From: a virus
Lineage: Duplodnaviria > Caudoviricetes
Reading direction: 5' to 3' (one strand)
IMG/VR virus record: IMGVR_UViG_3300028888_000067
Location: 64,638-128,637 of that record
DNA: 64,000 nt
Position numbers and translations under genes: made by a program. The notes beneath the pieces were generated by a model. The model saw only the letters and a list, made by a program, of their open reading frames with translations, searched no databases and was not told the origin of the DNA. Shown here one piece after another: positions 1 through 10,955 of this stretch. How positions within the stretch are numbered: position 1 is the first letter of the stretch; each line of letters opens with the position of its first letter.

Positions 1-2384
1 GACAATGTCATGAGACTCGGGTTCATGTTCTCATAGCATCTCATATACTCATTCTTTAGATATGTCAGCATCGGCACATTGAGTGTCGTGGACAAAGTGT
101 CGAAAGAGAAATTGTGCGCAATCGAGTCTTCTGTCTGCCCAGCCATTGCGCCATTGACTGCTAAAAAGTCTATTGATATGACATATTCGTCATTTTCATT
201 CGGACCTGAAAGAACTTGTATAGAATATGTCGCAGTGTCGCTTGAAATGACTATGTCATCTGTCGTGTTCAAGAAAACATCCAATATGTCTGAAGCATCT
301 ACAGTGACAGACATTTCGGTCAGCTGGTTCTGTATCAGTTCTACTATATGTTGTATCAGTTCTTCAGAAAGCTGTATCTTTTCTGTCTCGTAGTCAAGTT
401 CACTTGTGTCACCATATTTAGTCACATTGTGCCAAGAACTGAACTCGAAGTCTTTCACTGGGAAGAATGAAAGTCTTCCGTATGATGGCTTGAATGACTC
501 ATATATTTTAGTGTGGTTTGTTCTTGAGACAATCACACCATTGCTGTCAAGCAGCACATCACACCACACACCATCGGGAAAAGAAATCTCATCATTTTCT
601 TTTTTCACTGCATTGTCATAGTCAGTGACTACTGCATCGATTCTGCAGAAACCATTGTGCGTCGTAGATGGCAGGTAGTCTCCTGGCTTGAATGTGCCAG
701 CAAGTTCTTTCTTGCATTTGACATGTTCCCAGTCATTTGAGCCAAACAACATGCCGTCGTTGGCAAATGTGATGCAGCTCGGAACAGGACAATTGACAAG
801 TCTTATTCCAAACTGGTTGTATGCTGGAGTCGAGTTGAATGAGATGAAATGTATCGTTTCATGATCATAGTAAGCGTGTATCCCCACATCTGTAATCTGG
901 TTGAAAGACCCGCATATCGCTTTCGCAATTTCTTCTAAAGACCCGTCACCGCAGAACATGTCCCAGTCCCAAGTGCCGGGAATGACTATTGCTCCAGATG
1001 GGACACTTTTCAGTTCAGCAAGAACAACTTCAGTAGAACCAACAATCTGGAAAAGCTGCATTGTAGAATACGCAGGAACAGTGTCAGTCAAAGTGCATGT
1101 CATTGATGACGGCGTCTTTGTGTTCTCATAGACACAACTGACACTTTCTACTTTCTCGACAAAGCCCTTGAACACATCTAAATCAATGCTGCTCTCATCT
1201 AAACGCAATGCAGAATATCCAGACGACATAGTTGGTATGTCATTCAACTTATTGATAGAGTGCAAGTCATTGTTTATGTCTTGAATGCAGAACACTGAAT
1301 TGTTTGCAGACATTATAGACATGTCAGGAAGCAAGTCAGTGTCAGAAACAGAAGAAGTCTTGAAAGGGACGACAACGCCAAGTTCATTTTCAGCGATGAA
1401 CGGCTTGTTGTTGTATATGTCAAAAGTGTGGACGCTGTCTGAGTATGTGTTGCCTGTGTTGTAGAGTCCATGCTTGCTTATTTCAAATTTGCCATCTTCG
1501 ATGAAGTTGCAGTATAGTCCAAAGTATCTTGTGAACTTGTATTCATCTGCTTCTGGATCATCAAACAAGAATTCGATGTTGAGAAGGTTTGCGACAATGA
1601 TGTTGTTGCGTTCAAAACCTTCTGTTATGTATTTGTCAAATTCTAATACAGTGTCATCGTGTTGCCAGAACCGTTCAGAATAATTTTCTTTCTTTGACGT
1701 GAAAGTTCCGGTCTCGTAGTTTATCCCATTGAAAGAAATCCATTCATCAGTCATAGTGAACGGAGCTTCTGGGAATCCTTTCTGCGAAGCATATCTTCTG
1801 ATATATGATCCAATTCTTGAATTTTCAGTCAAATCGATCGTCTTCAATATCTTGCATTTCTTGAGAATGTCTTCTTTGAAGTCAAGTTCTCTCGGGTCTG
1901 TTGCATTCATCACGAAATTCCAGTATGACGGGTCATTTATCTTGAATATGACGAACCTTTCGGGGATGTTCTTGTCAAGCCACAGTGGGGCAAGCATGCC
2001 ATATTCTTCATTATATTCTAAAGAATCTATATATTCGCAGCCAGCCCAGTAGAAAGTCTCGTATTGCTGGCCATAGTCATCTTTCATCGATGTGTTGTCA
2101 TGTTCTTGCATGACTTTGTAAGCGAATCCCGTTTCGGTGTTTTTCCAGAACTTTGCCACATCGGCATTGTACGTGCTTGTCGTGTATGTGTTGAAGTTCT
2201 TGTATTTTGAGCTGCTTATTTCTCTACAAGCATTGAAACTGTCTAATGAAACAAAGTCATCGCCCACCATTATCTTCACGTTTGTAGAAAGCTTCGGATT
2301 TGTGCGCAGTATCATTTCAGACACATTGTCGCACATGTCTCTATGTTCAGGCACGGGCTTGTTGTAAAATGAAATGCTTGACAT
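1..2384 (-). CDS. Large putative virion structural protein, 5' part (runs off left edge)
   Basis: Not in ORF track. ATG at 2384 (MSSISFYNKPVPEH...LRTNPKLSTNVK...LAPLWL); manual translation near base 1 is in the same frame (...LKNEYMRCYENMNPSLMTLS). Starts 8 bp downstream of the 1264-aa gene. Confidence 0.75.
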   Translation of the reverse strand, partial: MSSISFYNKPVPEHRDMCDNVSEMILRTNPKLSTNVKIMVGDDFVSLDSFNACREISSSKYKNFNTYTTSTYNADVAKFWKNTETGFAYKVMQEHDNTSMKDDYGQQYETFYWAGCEYIDSLEYNEEYGMLAPLWLDKNIPERFVIFKINDPSYWNFVMNATDPRELDFKEDILKKCKILKTIDLTENSRIGSYIRRYASQKGFPEAPFTMTDEWISFNGINYETGTFTSKKENYSERFWQHDDTVLEFDKYITEGFERNNIIVANLLNIEFLFDDPEADEYKFTRYFGLYCNFIEDGKFEISKHGLYNTGNTYSDSVHTFDIYNNKPFIAENELGVVVPFKTSSVSDTDLLPDMSIMSANNSVFCIQDINNDLHSINKLNDIPTMSSGYSALRLDESSIDLDVFKGFVEKVESVSCVYENTKTPSSMTCTLTDTVPAYSTMQLFQIVGSTEVVLAELKSVPSGAIVIPGTWDWDMFCGDGSLEEIAKAICGSFNQITDVGIHAYYDHETIHFISFNSTPAYNQFGIRLVNCPVPSCITFANDGMLFGSNDWEHVKCKKELAGTFKPGDYLPSTTHNGFCRIDAVVTDYDNAVKKENDEISFPDGVWCDVLLDSNGVIVSRTNHTKIYESFKPSYGRLSFFPVKDFEFSSWHNVTKYGDTSELDYETEKIQLSEELIQHIVELIQNQLTEMSVTVDASDILDVFLNTTDDIVISSDTATYSIQVLSGPNENDEYVISIDFLAVNGAMAGQTEDSIAHNFSFDTLSTTLNVPMLTYLKNEYMRCYENMNPSLMTL

Positions 2385-2392
2385 TGTCTATA

Positions 2393-5300
2393 TTATTTTC
2401 TTTTCTTGTTCTGGCTGACGATGCTAACGTCAACTGGCGTCAGTGATCCCACGACAGACTTGCTTTGGTTCTTTGACGCGTTGACTGCTGATGACATCGT
2501 TGAAGCAGTGTACTGGATTAAAGATTCTGGAGAAATCTTTGATGCAGAGTCTGTGTATGTAGCATATATTTCGATGTCAAAAGACGTCGGATTGTCTTTG
2601 TTGTTCCATATGTCGATCCCAACTCGGTTAGCTTGGTAAATCGCATTGAGACTTGTCTTGTTTGCAGTTGAATATTCTGCAGTTCCAAGAACACGTCCAG
2701 TTCCGCTTTCGCCTGTTCCCCAATAGTCAGTCATACGGTATTGGAATGTGAGTGGTATGCTTATCTGCGCGCCGCCGACAACCACTTTTGAAGAGTTTCT
2801 AGAATCGCCATCGACTTGTATGTCATTGTGGCCTTGCGGGTTAAGATACAGATATGATGTGCAAGTCTTCGGGCCAATCAAGTACTGGTCTTCGGGATTG
2901 TACCCTATCTTGTGAGTGAGTCCAACCGTCATTGTCTGCACAGTGCTGTTTCCTGGATTTATGATTTTGCTGAATGCAGTGCCGCTGCTCACATCAAGAT
3001 CTATGCAGCAGTACTCATACGGAGTCTGCAAGTTTATGATGTTCTTCGCTGTGGCAGATGTAGTCTTTCTCATCGTTGTCGCGTTCTTCTTGTTGTTGGT
3101 TATCGTGTATGGCGTGTTAAGCGGCAGTCTGAACAGGTATTTGTTTGCTTCCTGAATGTAGTTTGTAGCAGAAGATATAGACGATGACGGGTATGGAGCA
3201 TAGTCAGTGCCGGGCACGAGATTGAACACTTCAGATATCTTGCTGTACCATTCTTGGAAATTCGTTATGTATGGATGATCTATATGGATGAACATGTCTG
3301 CTGTGCTTGTCGTTTGAGTGCTTGTTGAGCATGGCACGGGCTTTCCCGTTGTCTGGTCAAACTGGCCGCTCCACACGAATGATTCAGAGACGCCACCATT
3401 TCCCTGTGCGTTCGCCGGCAATGTGATTTCATTATTATAGAAACTGTTTTCATCAATAGTCGTCGCATCACCTGTATAGTCATTAGATGATGAGTTCCTT
3501 TGGTACAACATTATGTCTCCACTCACGTCATAGAACCGCATGTTGATGAACTGGTTCTTGCATTGAGCTGACTGGTAGCCATTCGGGCAAGAGACGACAC
3601 CATCAGTCTCATCAGGGTCGGCAGCATACAAATTGACGGGCACTAAATCATATCTCATCAATGTGTTGTATGTGTTGTCTTGTATGTCAAAACTGTTGAG
3701 GTTTGGATAGTTCGGATGCAGTGTGGCGTTGTTCAGCGAGTAACGGTTGCTTTCTTTCACCATCACGCTTCTGCTTCCGGCAATCCGTGACAGAAGTCTC
3801 AAACCAGTCTGAGCACTGTTCGCAATGTTCAGACTGAAGTTCTTCGTTATGATCGCGCCTTTCTTCACTGTCAGTTTTCCAGCTTCTGTCATGTATGATC
3901 CAGCATAAATCTTGTTCACCGTGTCTTCTTTCAGTTCGTACACGTTTCCATTTTCGTCTGACAATGTGACTGTCATGACACCAGTAGAGTTGCCGATTAT
4001 GTCTAACAACTGGTTGATTGTTGTCTGCATTTCAGCAAGTTTCTGGTAAAGACTTATGGGTGCTTGCTCGTCAGTGACAAATCCTGAAGCGATGCTGTTT
4101 GCCGTATGCAAGAATGTAGCTCCGTTTGTTGTGAATGAGTCAGAAACATGATTTGTGATTCCCTTTGATGATAGAGTCTGGTCAACCACAAGCTGGCTTT
4201 CATCACTTGAGTTCTTTTTCAGTATATTGTCAACAGGACTGTCAGCAGTGAACTCTTCTGGAAATTCGATTATGACTGGCTCGCTCCATTCACTTTCAAG
4301 AGGATTGCCAGGGAATCCTGCTTCTGATATAGATTTCACTTGGATTTCAACTTTCTCTCCCTTTGTGATAGGTATATCCAACTGGTTTATGTTGACCTCA
4401 TCTGAGTCATTTATGTCAATTGGCTTCCAGTAGAAAACACCATTTGAGTCTTTTAGTCTCTCACGGAGAACACTTTCGACGATTGCATAATTAGAAAAAC
4501 TGCCAGTGACACTGCTGCCAATCTGCTCCACATTGTTTGCTGCGCCATCTGGAGAAAGATATCTGTATCTTATCTTGAACTTGATGATTGCTTGGTTTCC
4601 AGTAGCAGGCGTCGACTTTTCAGCAGGCATCTCCCAGAACCCGCGCACTCTGAACTTTGGACTCACACTTGCGATGCTGCTTGACTGAGACAATGCAGCA
4701 ATCGTGTTCACTTTTGACGAGTAAGCATTCACTGTCGACTCTTGCTCTTTTATCTTTGTGTCAAGTGTCGCGACATCAGCGCTTCTCATTGCTGATGAAA
4801 CATAGTTGGTGGTGTTTATTTTTGTCCGCAAGTCATTTATCGCTTTTGTCTGTGCTGTTATCTGGTCAGCAAGACTCACTTTCTCAGAATTGAGCTGCTG
4901 TATCTTGCTCATGCTTTCAGACTCAGTCACTTGCTTGTTGATCTGGACTACTTTGAAGTTTGTGCTTTCGAGCACAGGAGCATTCGGAATGACGCCCTCG
5001 CTTGATGACGGGTACCAGTCATTAGCATAGCTAAGAAGAAACGCGCCAAAGTCGATGACGCTTCTCTGGTAATACTGCTGCAGTGTGGTGACAGTGCCGT
5101 TTGCGTCAGTGAAAGTCAAGTCATTGGTGAAGAATCCGGTTCCGGGACTCCATTCAGAAGCAAGTATGTTAGAGTCTTCATCAATTGGCTTGATGAACAC
5201 TACACAGTGCTCATTGAAGCCAACCGTCACGTCAATAGAGACATCTTTTGACTTTTCAGACGAGACTCTCAAGATGTCAGCTCCGATTGTGATTGCGCGG

Positions 5301-6187
5301 TATCCTTCAGCCAAATCAAGTATGACAGTGTTTGTGCTCGTGTCAATGTATTTTATCACATATCTCGTGTCACACGGCTCACTTATGATTTCCAAAGAGT
5401 CGCCCACTGCCAGCTGCATAGTGTTGCTATATCCACTGTTGTTGTCAGTATAGTACAAAGTGTTGAGTTTGATGAGTTTTCTCGTTCTTGAAACGGAAGC
5501 CCCGTTTATGAGTTCTGTCACCGTGTCATTGGTTATGCGGATCACATCAAAGTTGCCTTCATATCTTCTGCTTCTCGGCGACAGCTGGACGACTTCTTCA
5601 TCAAGCACATAACTGATTCCATTCTCGACAATGTCATGCAAGAAGTCAGCATAACTGATGTTTGAGTTGTTTGTGTACTTGTTGTTGAAGAACTCAGTCT
5701 TAGAAAGAGTGTCAGTGTCCAGTATGTATCTTCTCACAAGCACTCGTTCTACATCGATGTTCACCTGGTCAGTCAAGTCGATGTTCACACAGAGAAGTGG
5801 GTTCATCATGTTCTCGAAGAAGTAGTTGCTCTTTATCTTGAATGTGTTGACTGAATTCATGCGAGTGACACTTGGCGCTGCAGACGGAAGTCTTGACGCA
5901 AGCACTTTGCGGTATGTTCCGTCACTGAGTCTCACTGTGCTGCCACCGCCTCTTATGTTAGCGATTGCGTTGATGTTGTTGTTCAGTCTTTCTATTGAAT
6001 TCTTGAGATACCCGAAACTTGGTATGTTGAATGTGTCATGACTTCCATCAGCATTCTCTACATTAAGCGTGACGGATTCAGAATCAGAAGTTATAGCTTC
6101 ATTTATAGTGCTGAAGCTTTCGATTGAATTGTTGCTTAACATCAAGAGTTTTGAAAGAAGGTCTGAAAGATTGTTTTTTGACTGCAT
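2393..6187 (-). CDS. Putative virion structural protein (1264 aa; coiled-coil and beta-rich regions)
   Basis: Long Ser/Thr/Asn-rich ORF with a central coiled coil; preceded by TATAAATA at 6215-6222 (-). Confidence 0.65.
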   Translation of the reverse strand: MQSKNNLSDLLSKLLMLSNNSIESFSTINEAITSDSESVTLNVENADGSHDTFNIPSFGYLKNSIERLNNNINAIANIRGGGSTVRLSDGTYRKVLASRLPSAAPSVTRMNSVNTFKIKSNYFFENMMNPLLCVNIDLTDQVNIDVERVLVRRYILDTDTLSKTEFFNNKYTNNSNISYADFLHDIVENGISYVLDEEVVQLSPRSRRYEGNFDVIRITNDTVTELINGASVSRTRKLIKLNTLYYTDNNSGYSNTMQLAVGDSLEIISEPCDTRYVIKYIDTSTNTVILDLAEGYRAITIGADILRVSSEKSKDVSIDVTVGFNEHCVVFIKPIDEDSNILASEWSPGTGFFTNDLTFTDANGTVTTLQQYYQRSVIDFGAFLLSYANDWYPSSSEGVIPNAPVLESTNFKVVQINKQVTESESMSKIQQLNSEKVSLADQITAQTKAINDLRTKINTTNYVSSAMRSADVATLDTKIKEQESTVNAYSSKVNTIAALSQSSSIASVSPKFRVRGFWEMPAEKSTPATGNQAIIKFKIRYRYLSPDGAANNVEQIGSSVTGSFSNYAIVESVLRERLKDSNGVFYWKPIDINDSDEVNINQLDIPITKGEKVEIQVKSISEAGFPGNPLESEWSEPVIIEFPEEFTADSPVDNILKKNSSDESQLVVDQTLSSKGITNHVSDSFTTNGATFLHTANSIASGFVTDEQAPISLYQKLAEMQTTINQLLDIIGNSTGVMTVTLSDENGNVYELKEDTVNKIYAGSYMTEAGKLTVKKGAIITKNFSLNIANSAQTGLRLLSRIAGSRSVMVKESNRYSLNNATLHPNYPNLNSFDIQDNTYNTLMRYDLVPVNLYAADPDETDGVVSCPNGYQSAQCKNQFINMRFYDVSGDIMLYQRNSSSNDYTGDATTIDENSFYNNEITLPANAQGNGGVSESFVWSGQFDQTTGKPVPCSTSTQTTSTADMFIHIDHPYITNFQEWYSKISEVFNLVPGTDYAPYPSSSISSATNYIQEANKYLFRLPLNTPYTITNNKKNATTMRKTTSATAKNIINLQTPYEYCCIDLDVSSGTAFSKIINPGNSTVQTMTVGLTHKIGYNPEDQYLIGPKTCTSYLYLNPQGHNDIQVDGDSRNSSKVVVGGAQISIPLTFQYRMTDYWGTGESGTGRVLGTAEYSTANKTSLNAIYQANRVGIDIWNNKDNPTSFDIEIYATYTDSASKISPESLIQYTASTMSSAVNASKNQSKSVVGSLTPVDVSIVSQNKKRK

Positions 6188-6214
6188 AAATTTATATGTT
6201 ATTTTAACATAAAA

Positions 6215-6222
6215 TATTTATA
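6215..6222 (-). promoter_or_regulatory. T4-type late promoter TATAAATA
   Basis: Exact motif 27 bp upstream of the structural gene start. Confidence 0.65.
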
Positions 6223-6260
6223 TTGTTTTTTATGCAATGCATTCAGACATACATCGTTTT

Positions 6261-6268
6261 TATAAATA
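6261..6268 (+). promoter_or_regulatory. T4-type late promoter TATAAATA
   Basis: Exact motif 15 bp upstream of the ART gene start. Confidence 0.65.
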
Positions 6269-6283
6269 ATACAAAAAATTTCT

Positions 6284-6871
6284 GTGAGAAACATAAGTGA
6301 CATAATCTTTGAGAAGAACAATGTTCTAGACAGCATGCACAAGTTTGACGATGCTGCTAAAAATGCTGTGTGGAACTATGTAGCAGGATACACTGTTACA
6401 GAGATAAACAAGTGTCTGCGCTCTGGAAGAATGTTCAAGCAGCTTTCTAACGAGTGTTCGCTGATTGACAGCATGATGAAGCCGGTGAAAGATGCTGTTC
6501 TTTACCGCACGGTTGACTGGGACTATCTGCAGAACATATACAAGCTGAACAAAGACAACATAGACAACAGCATCGGCTACACATTTGAAGCAAAAGCATA
6601 CAGCAGCACGACATTGACCAGACAGAACGTGTGGAGTTCTCGCTGGTACGATCCAGAACTGCTGCTTGAGATACAAGTGGGAAGAAACACAAAGGGAATA
6701 CACATAAATGACTTGTTCAAGAGAAATGAGATAGACTGTTATGAGCAGAAAGAAGTCCTTCTGCAGAGAGACTTGAAATTCGTCATAAATGACTATTACA
6801 TGATGTCGTCTGACGGGACTACAAAATCTAAAGACAAATCTATTTACTGTATCAATATAGTTTTAGTTTAG
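6284..6871 (+). CDS. ADP-ribosyltransferase (R-S-E clade, VIP2/Alt-Mod-like)
   Basis: Y..INxxLR helix, LYR, YSSTT and EQKEVLL motifs; GTG start. Confidence 0.8.
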   Translation: MRNISDIIFEKNNVLDSMHKFDDAAKNAVWNYVAGYTVTEINKCLRSGRMFKQLSNECSLIDSMMKPVKDAVLYRTVDWDYLQNIYKLNKDNIDNSIGYTFEAKAYSSTTLTRQNVWSSRWYDPELLLEIQVGRNTKGIHINDLFKRNEIDCYEQKEVLLQRDLKFVINDYYMMSSDGTTKSKDKSIYCINIVLV

Positions 6872-6873
6872 TA

Positions 6874-9800
6874 ATGAAAGAGAATTTAGTGTTGTGCGCA
6901 ATCGCGAAGTGTGAGAACAGATACATAAAGGAATGGGTGCAATGGCACTTCAACATAGGCTTTGACAAAATCGTCGTGTATGACAACAATGATGTCAACG
7001 GTGAAAAGATATCAGATGCCATAGGTGATGTGCCTTGTGTAGAAATAATAGACTGGAGAGGCAAGACACAGAAATCATGTGAGACTCAAGTAGCTGCATA
7101 CAATGACTGCTACAAGAAGCATATGAACTCAAAATGGATAATGTTTCTTGACATTGATGAGTTTCTAGAATTCAGAGAAGGCATGGACCTCATCAGTTTT
7201 CTGGAACAAGACTGGGTGAAGCATGCGAATGACATAAAGTTCCACTGGAAGTGCTATTCGGACAATGGCTATGTCAAAGCGCCTTCTGGGCTTGTCACTG
7301 AAAACTTCACCAGAGAATGCAAAAACAAAACAGCGGTGAACTGCTATGTGAAGCACATGTACAGATGCGGGCTTCCAAAACTCAGCATAATGAATGTCCA
7401 CTACAGCTCATCGCTGACGAATGTGTATTACCAGAATGGCAAGACTGCGCCTTATCTGACGATAACAGTAGACAAGAACATAAACCATGATGTTGGCTGG
7501 ATCCGGCACTATGTGACCAAGTCAATGGAAGAGTTCGTGTTCACCAAATACGCAAGACGCGGGCCCGGGACTTCAAAGAACCGTCTCAATGTCGATTTCT
7601 ACTTCAAATACAACACACGCACTCCAGAAAAAGAGCAGCAACTTAGAGAAATGATAAACAAGCTTGAGCCCCAAAAAGAAGAAACGAAGTCGGCAAAAAT
7701 AGAAAAGCCAAATAAAGAAGCAAAGACATCATGGGTGATTGAACCATATTACGCAAACAAGTCATATCCTGGAAAAAACAGTGAGAAACAGAAAGCAAAA
7801 GAAGCTGACTTGTCGAAAAGAGACATAAATGAGCAAGACACATATCCTGGCGGACTTAGTATATGCATATCTGCTTGGAATGTTGAAAAGTACATTGAAG
7901 AATGCCTTGACTCAATCGTTTCTCAGTCTTGGATAAAGAAACACAGCAACTATGAGATATTGATTGGCATTGACCATTGTGAGAAGACTTTAGAAAAGCT
8001 GATGTCGATTTCTGACAAATACAAAGACTACAACTTGAAAGTGTTCATGATGGACAAGAATGTTGGCACATATATCGTGTCTAACACATTGATGAAAGAA
8101 GGGAAATACAGATGGCTGATGAGGTTTGACAGTGATGATGTGATGTGTCCGGGCATGATAGAGAAGACACTTAAGTATGCAGTCAATGAAAGAGTTGATG
8201 TGCTGCAGCCTTATGCAATCAATTTTGGCTCACGGACAAACCCGATTTTCACAAATCATGGCTGTGTGCTCATCAAGAAAGTCGTGTTTGAGAAATTCGG
8301 CGGCTATCGTCCGTGGAAATGCGCTGCTGATACTGAACTCATAGTGAGACTTCGCAAATATTCAGTATGCAGGAAATATGAAAACATAGTGTTCAAACGT
8401 AGAGTCCATAGCGAGAATCTCACCTGCCGTAAAGACACCGGAATGAAATCTGACTTGAGACAGCAATATAAGAAACAGACAGTTGTGCCAGCAACAATTA
8501 AACAGGCGACAATAAAACTAGTCACTGAAAGCTTCACAATGGTAAAATTAAATGTTGTTGAAGAAACACCTGAACCAGAACCTGTTGCAGATGAGGTGGA
8601 AATTGATGGCATTAGCATCTGCATAACAGCATATAAGTCTCAAGATTATATTGAAGAATGTCTTAATAGCGTTGTGGCTCAGACTTGGTTTGAGAAGCAT
8701 GACAATTGGGAAATTATCGTTGGCATAGATGGCTGTGAAAGAACTCTTTTAAAAATGAAAGAGATAATGCATAAATACAAGAATCTTCGTGTATTGATGC
8801 TTGATAGAAACAGGGGCACATATGTTACAACTAACACAATTATAAAACAAACAAAATATAATTGGGTTCTTCGTTTTGATAGTGATGACATAATGAGAAG
8901 CTATATGGTAGAAAGCGCTGTTGAAGATACGGTAGGCAATGACTTCATAAGATTTGGATTTAAGAATTTTGGAGTAGAAAATCCACCTAAAAAGTTTGGA
9001 ATGGGCTGGGGTGTAGTGTTGCTGAACAAATCAATTCTAAATAAACTTGGCGGATATAAAGAATGGAGATGCGGTGGAGATGCTGATATGATTCGTCGTT
9101 TTAAATATAGCGGGTGCAAAATATTTGAAGATACCAGGATATTATTTGATAGAAGAATACATGCTAATTCTTTGACACAGGATGTCAAAACCAACTTTGA
9201 TAGCGATCTTAGAAAACAGACTTTAGCTGAAGTCAAGTCAACAAATTATTCGCTTTGGTCTAATAGAATTGCGAATTTCACAACAGAAAACTTTACAGAA
9301 ATAACACCTGAAAGTGGAATATGTACAAATATAGTGAATCTTGCTGCAGCATCTGATGCTGATATAGAAGAGTTTTTATACAATAGAGCATACAATAGTA
9401 GATTCAAACTTCAAATAGATTTCAAAAATCCAAAAACTGTTCAAGAAAAACTTAATTATTTGATGGTGTATGACAATTGCAAGATGCTTAAAGCAAAATG
9501 TGCTGACAAGATACTTCTGCATGACTATAGTAGACGAAAGCTCGGAAAAGACATTTGTGTTCCAATCATAGATGTTTATGACAAGCCTGAAGATATCGAT
9601 TTTGATAAACTTCCAAATAAGTATGTATTGAAGTGCAATCACGGATATGCAATGAACATAATCTGTACAGACAACAAAAACAATGAATTTCTAAAAATAA
9701 AAAATCGTGAAATAAACACAAGGCAAGACTGCATTGATTTCTTGAACACTTGGCTTGATACTAATTTTGGTGACGAATATTATCAATGGCATTATGCATT

Positions 9801-10221
9801 GATTGAACCAAAATGCTATGCTGAAGTCTTTATGGATGATGGGCACGAATCACTTATGGATTATAAAGTCTGGTGCTGCAATGGTGAGCCAAAAATGATA
9901 ATGGTAATATCAGACAGATACTCAAACAATTTGCACGAAAACATTTATGATGTAAACTGGAATACATTTGACATAGGCTGGAGCTGTGCGAGACAAGACT
10001 TTGACAATTTGGATGAAAAACCAGTACATCTTGATGAAATGCTTGAATATTCTAGAAAACTGTCAGAGGATTTTGATTTTGTAAGAGTTGATTTCTATGT
10101 AATCAATGACAAAATATATCTTGGCGAATTGACATTTTCACCAAATGGCGGTATATTTGGATGTAAAGACGAAGAAACAAGTCTATATTGGGGTGACATG
10201 ATAAATATAACAAGTTTTTAA
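6874..10221 (+). CDS. Multidomain glycosyltransferase: GT2/GT92-like domain + two GT2 domains + TupA-like ATP-grasp
   Basis: CAIAKCE..YIKEW..H, FLDIDEF; two ISICI.A(W/Y)...RFDSDD repeats; C-terminal LKCNHG, DYKVWC.NG, FVRVDFY, GELTFSP. Confidence 0.85.
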   Translation: MKENLVLCAIAKCENRYIKEWVQWHFNIGFDKIVVYDNNDVNGEKISDAIGDVPCVEIIDWRGKTQKSCETQVAAYNDCYKKHMNSKWIMFLDIDEFLEFREGMDLISFLEQDWVKHANDIKFHWKCYSDNGYVKAPSGLVTENFTRECKNKTAVNCYVKHMYRCGLPKLSIMNVHYSSSLTNVYYQNGKTAPYLTITVDKNINHDVGWIRHYVTKSMEEFVFTKYARRGPGTSKNRLNVDFYFKYNTRTPEKEQQLREMINKLEPQKEETKSAKIEKPNKEAKTSWVIEPYYANKSYPGKNSEKQKAKEADLSKRDINEQDTYPGGLSICISAWNVEKYIEECLDSIVSQSWIKKHSNYEILIGIDHCEKTLEKLMSISDKYKDYNLKVFMMDKNVGTYIVSNTLMKEGKYRWLMRFDSDDVMCPGMIEKTLKYAVNERVDVLQPYAINFGSRTNPIFTNHGCVLIKKVVFEKFGGYRPWKCAADTELIVRLRKYSVCRKYENIVFKRRVHSENLTCRKDTGMKSDLRQQYKKQTVVPATIKQATIKLVTESFTMVKLNVVEETPEPEPVADEVEIDGISICITAYKSQDYIEECLNSVVAQTWFEKHDNWEIIVGIDGCERTLLKMKEIMHKYKNLRVLMLDRNRGTYVTTNTIIKQTKYNWVLRFDSDDIMRSYMVESAVEDTVGNDFIRFGFKNFGVENPPKKFGMGWGVVLLNKSILNKLGGYKEWRCGGDADMIRRFKYSGCKIFEDTRILFDRRIHANSLTQDVKTNFDSDLRKQTLAEVKSTNYSLWSNRIANFTTENFTEITPESGICTNIVNLAAASDADIEEFLYNRAYNSRFKLQIDFKNPKTVQEKLNYLMVYDNCKMLKAKCADKILLHDYSRRKLGKDICVPIIDVYDKPEDIDFDKLPNKYVLKCNHGYAMNIICTDNKNNEFLKIKNREINTRQDCIDFLNTWLDTNFGDEYYQWHYALIEPKCYAEVFMDDGHESLMDYKVWCCNGEPKMIMVISDRYSNNLHENIYDVNWNTFDIGWSCARQDFDNLDEKPVHLDEMLEYSRKLSEDFDFVRVDFYVINDKIYLGELTFSPNGGIFGCKDEETSLYWGDMINITSF

Positions 10222-10937
10222 TGGACAGAAATAATATTTTAAAGATAGCAAAATATATATGTTTCCCGTATCGAAACAAGCTGTTTGGAAACAAGTATGA
10301 CAATATTGAAAGAGATATTCATAGACTGCCTATCATCAAAGACAAAAATATGCTATATTCAAAGATGCCTGGAAACGAACATCATTATACAACTGAATAT
10401 ACATACAAATATGTTTTGCCACTTGTTGATGAACTTATTGGGTTTGGGTTTGATGAAAGTGATTTTCATTTGGTATCATTGGTTTTAGAAACAGGAGATC
10501 TGTCATATCTATTTCCTGACAAAGAACCAGAATATACGATAATTTGTTTTAACGATAACGAAACCATAAGCGGTGGCTATATGAAGCTATTTAATGAAAA
10601 CTTTATGAAAAATCCATCGTACAGATTGCTTAACAGGTACAACCACAAGTGTTCAAGAATTGTTAACCATACAATTAAAAGTGAAAGAAAACTAATGGTT
10701 AGCGGTGACTCACAAATGATACCATCTATTGCACCGTTGTCATATTATTTCAAAGAGGTGTGGTATTTCGACAACAGGACGGGATATATCAAGAATGAAA
10801 AGACTGGCGAGTTTGAATTTCACGAAGACAAGTTCGTCTCATTTTCTGAAACATACAAAGATGTTGATTTCACTGATGTCATTGTGCAGCTTTACTGCAG
10901 AGATCTGAAATGGTATGAATATTGGAACTTATATTAA
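10221..10937 (+). CDS. Putative DHHW/AlgX-like (SGNH-related) polysaccharide O-acetyltransferase, paralog A
   Basis: NEHHYT and KLMVSGDSQ..APL..YF.EVWYFDNR motifs; 238 aa, paralog of 12226-12942. Confidence 0.45.
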   Translation: MDRNNILKIAKYICFPYRNKLFGNKYDNIERDIHRLPIIKDKNMLYSKMPGNEHHYTTEYTYKYVLPLVDELIGFGFDESDFHLVSLVLETGDLSYLFPDKEPEYTIICFNDNETISGGYMKLFNENFMKNPSYRLLNRYNHKCSRIVNHTIKSERKLMVSGDSQMIPSIAPLSYYFKEVWYFDNRTGYIKNEKTGEFEFHEDKFVSFSETYKDVDFTDVIVQLYCRDLKWYEYWNLY

Positions 10938-10955
10938 ATATATTATAACAAATAA

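Noticed and set aside
79-6041. Many short + strand ORFs in the track
   Set aside because: These are antisense shadows of the two long minus-strand genes; the same applies to most nested opposite-strand ORFs elsewhere.
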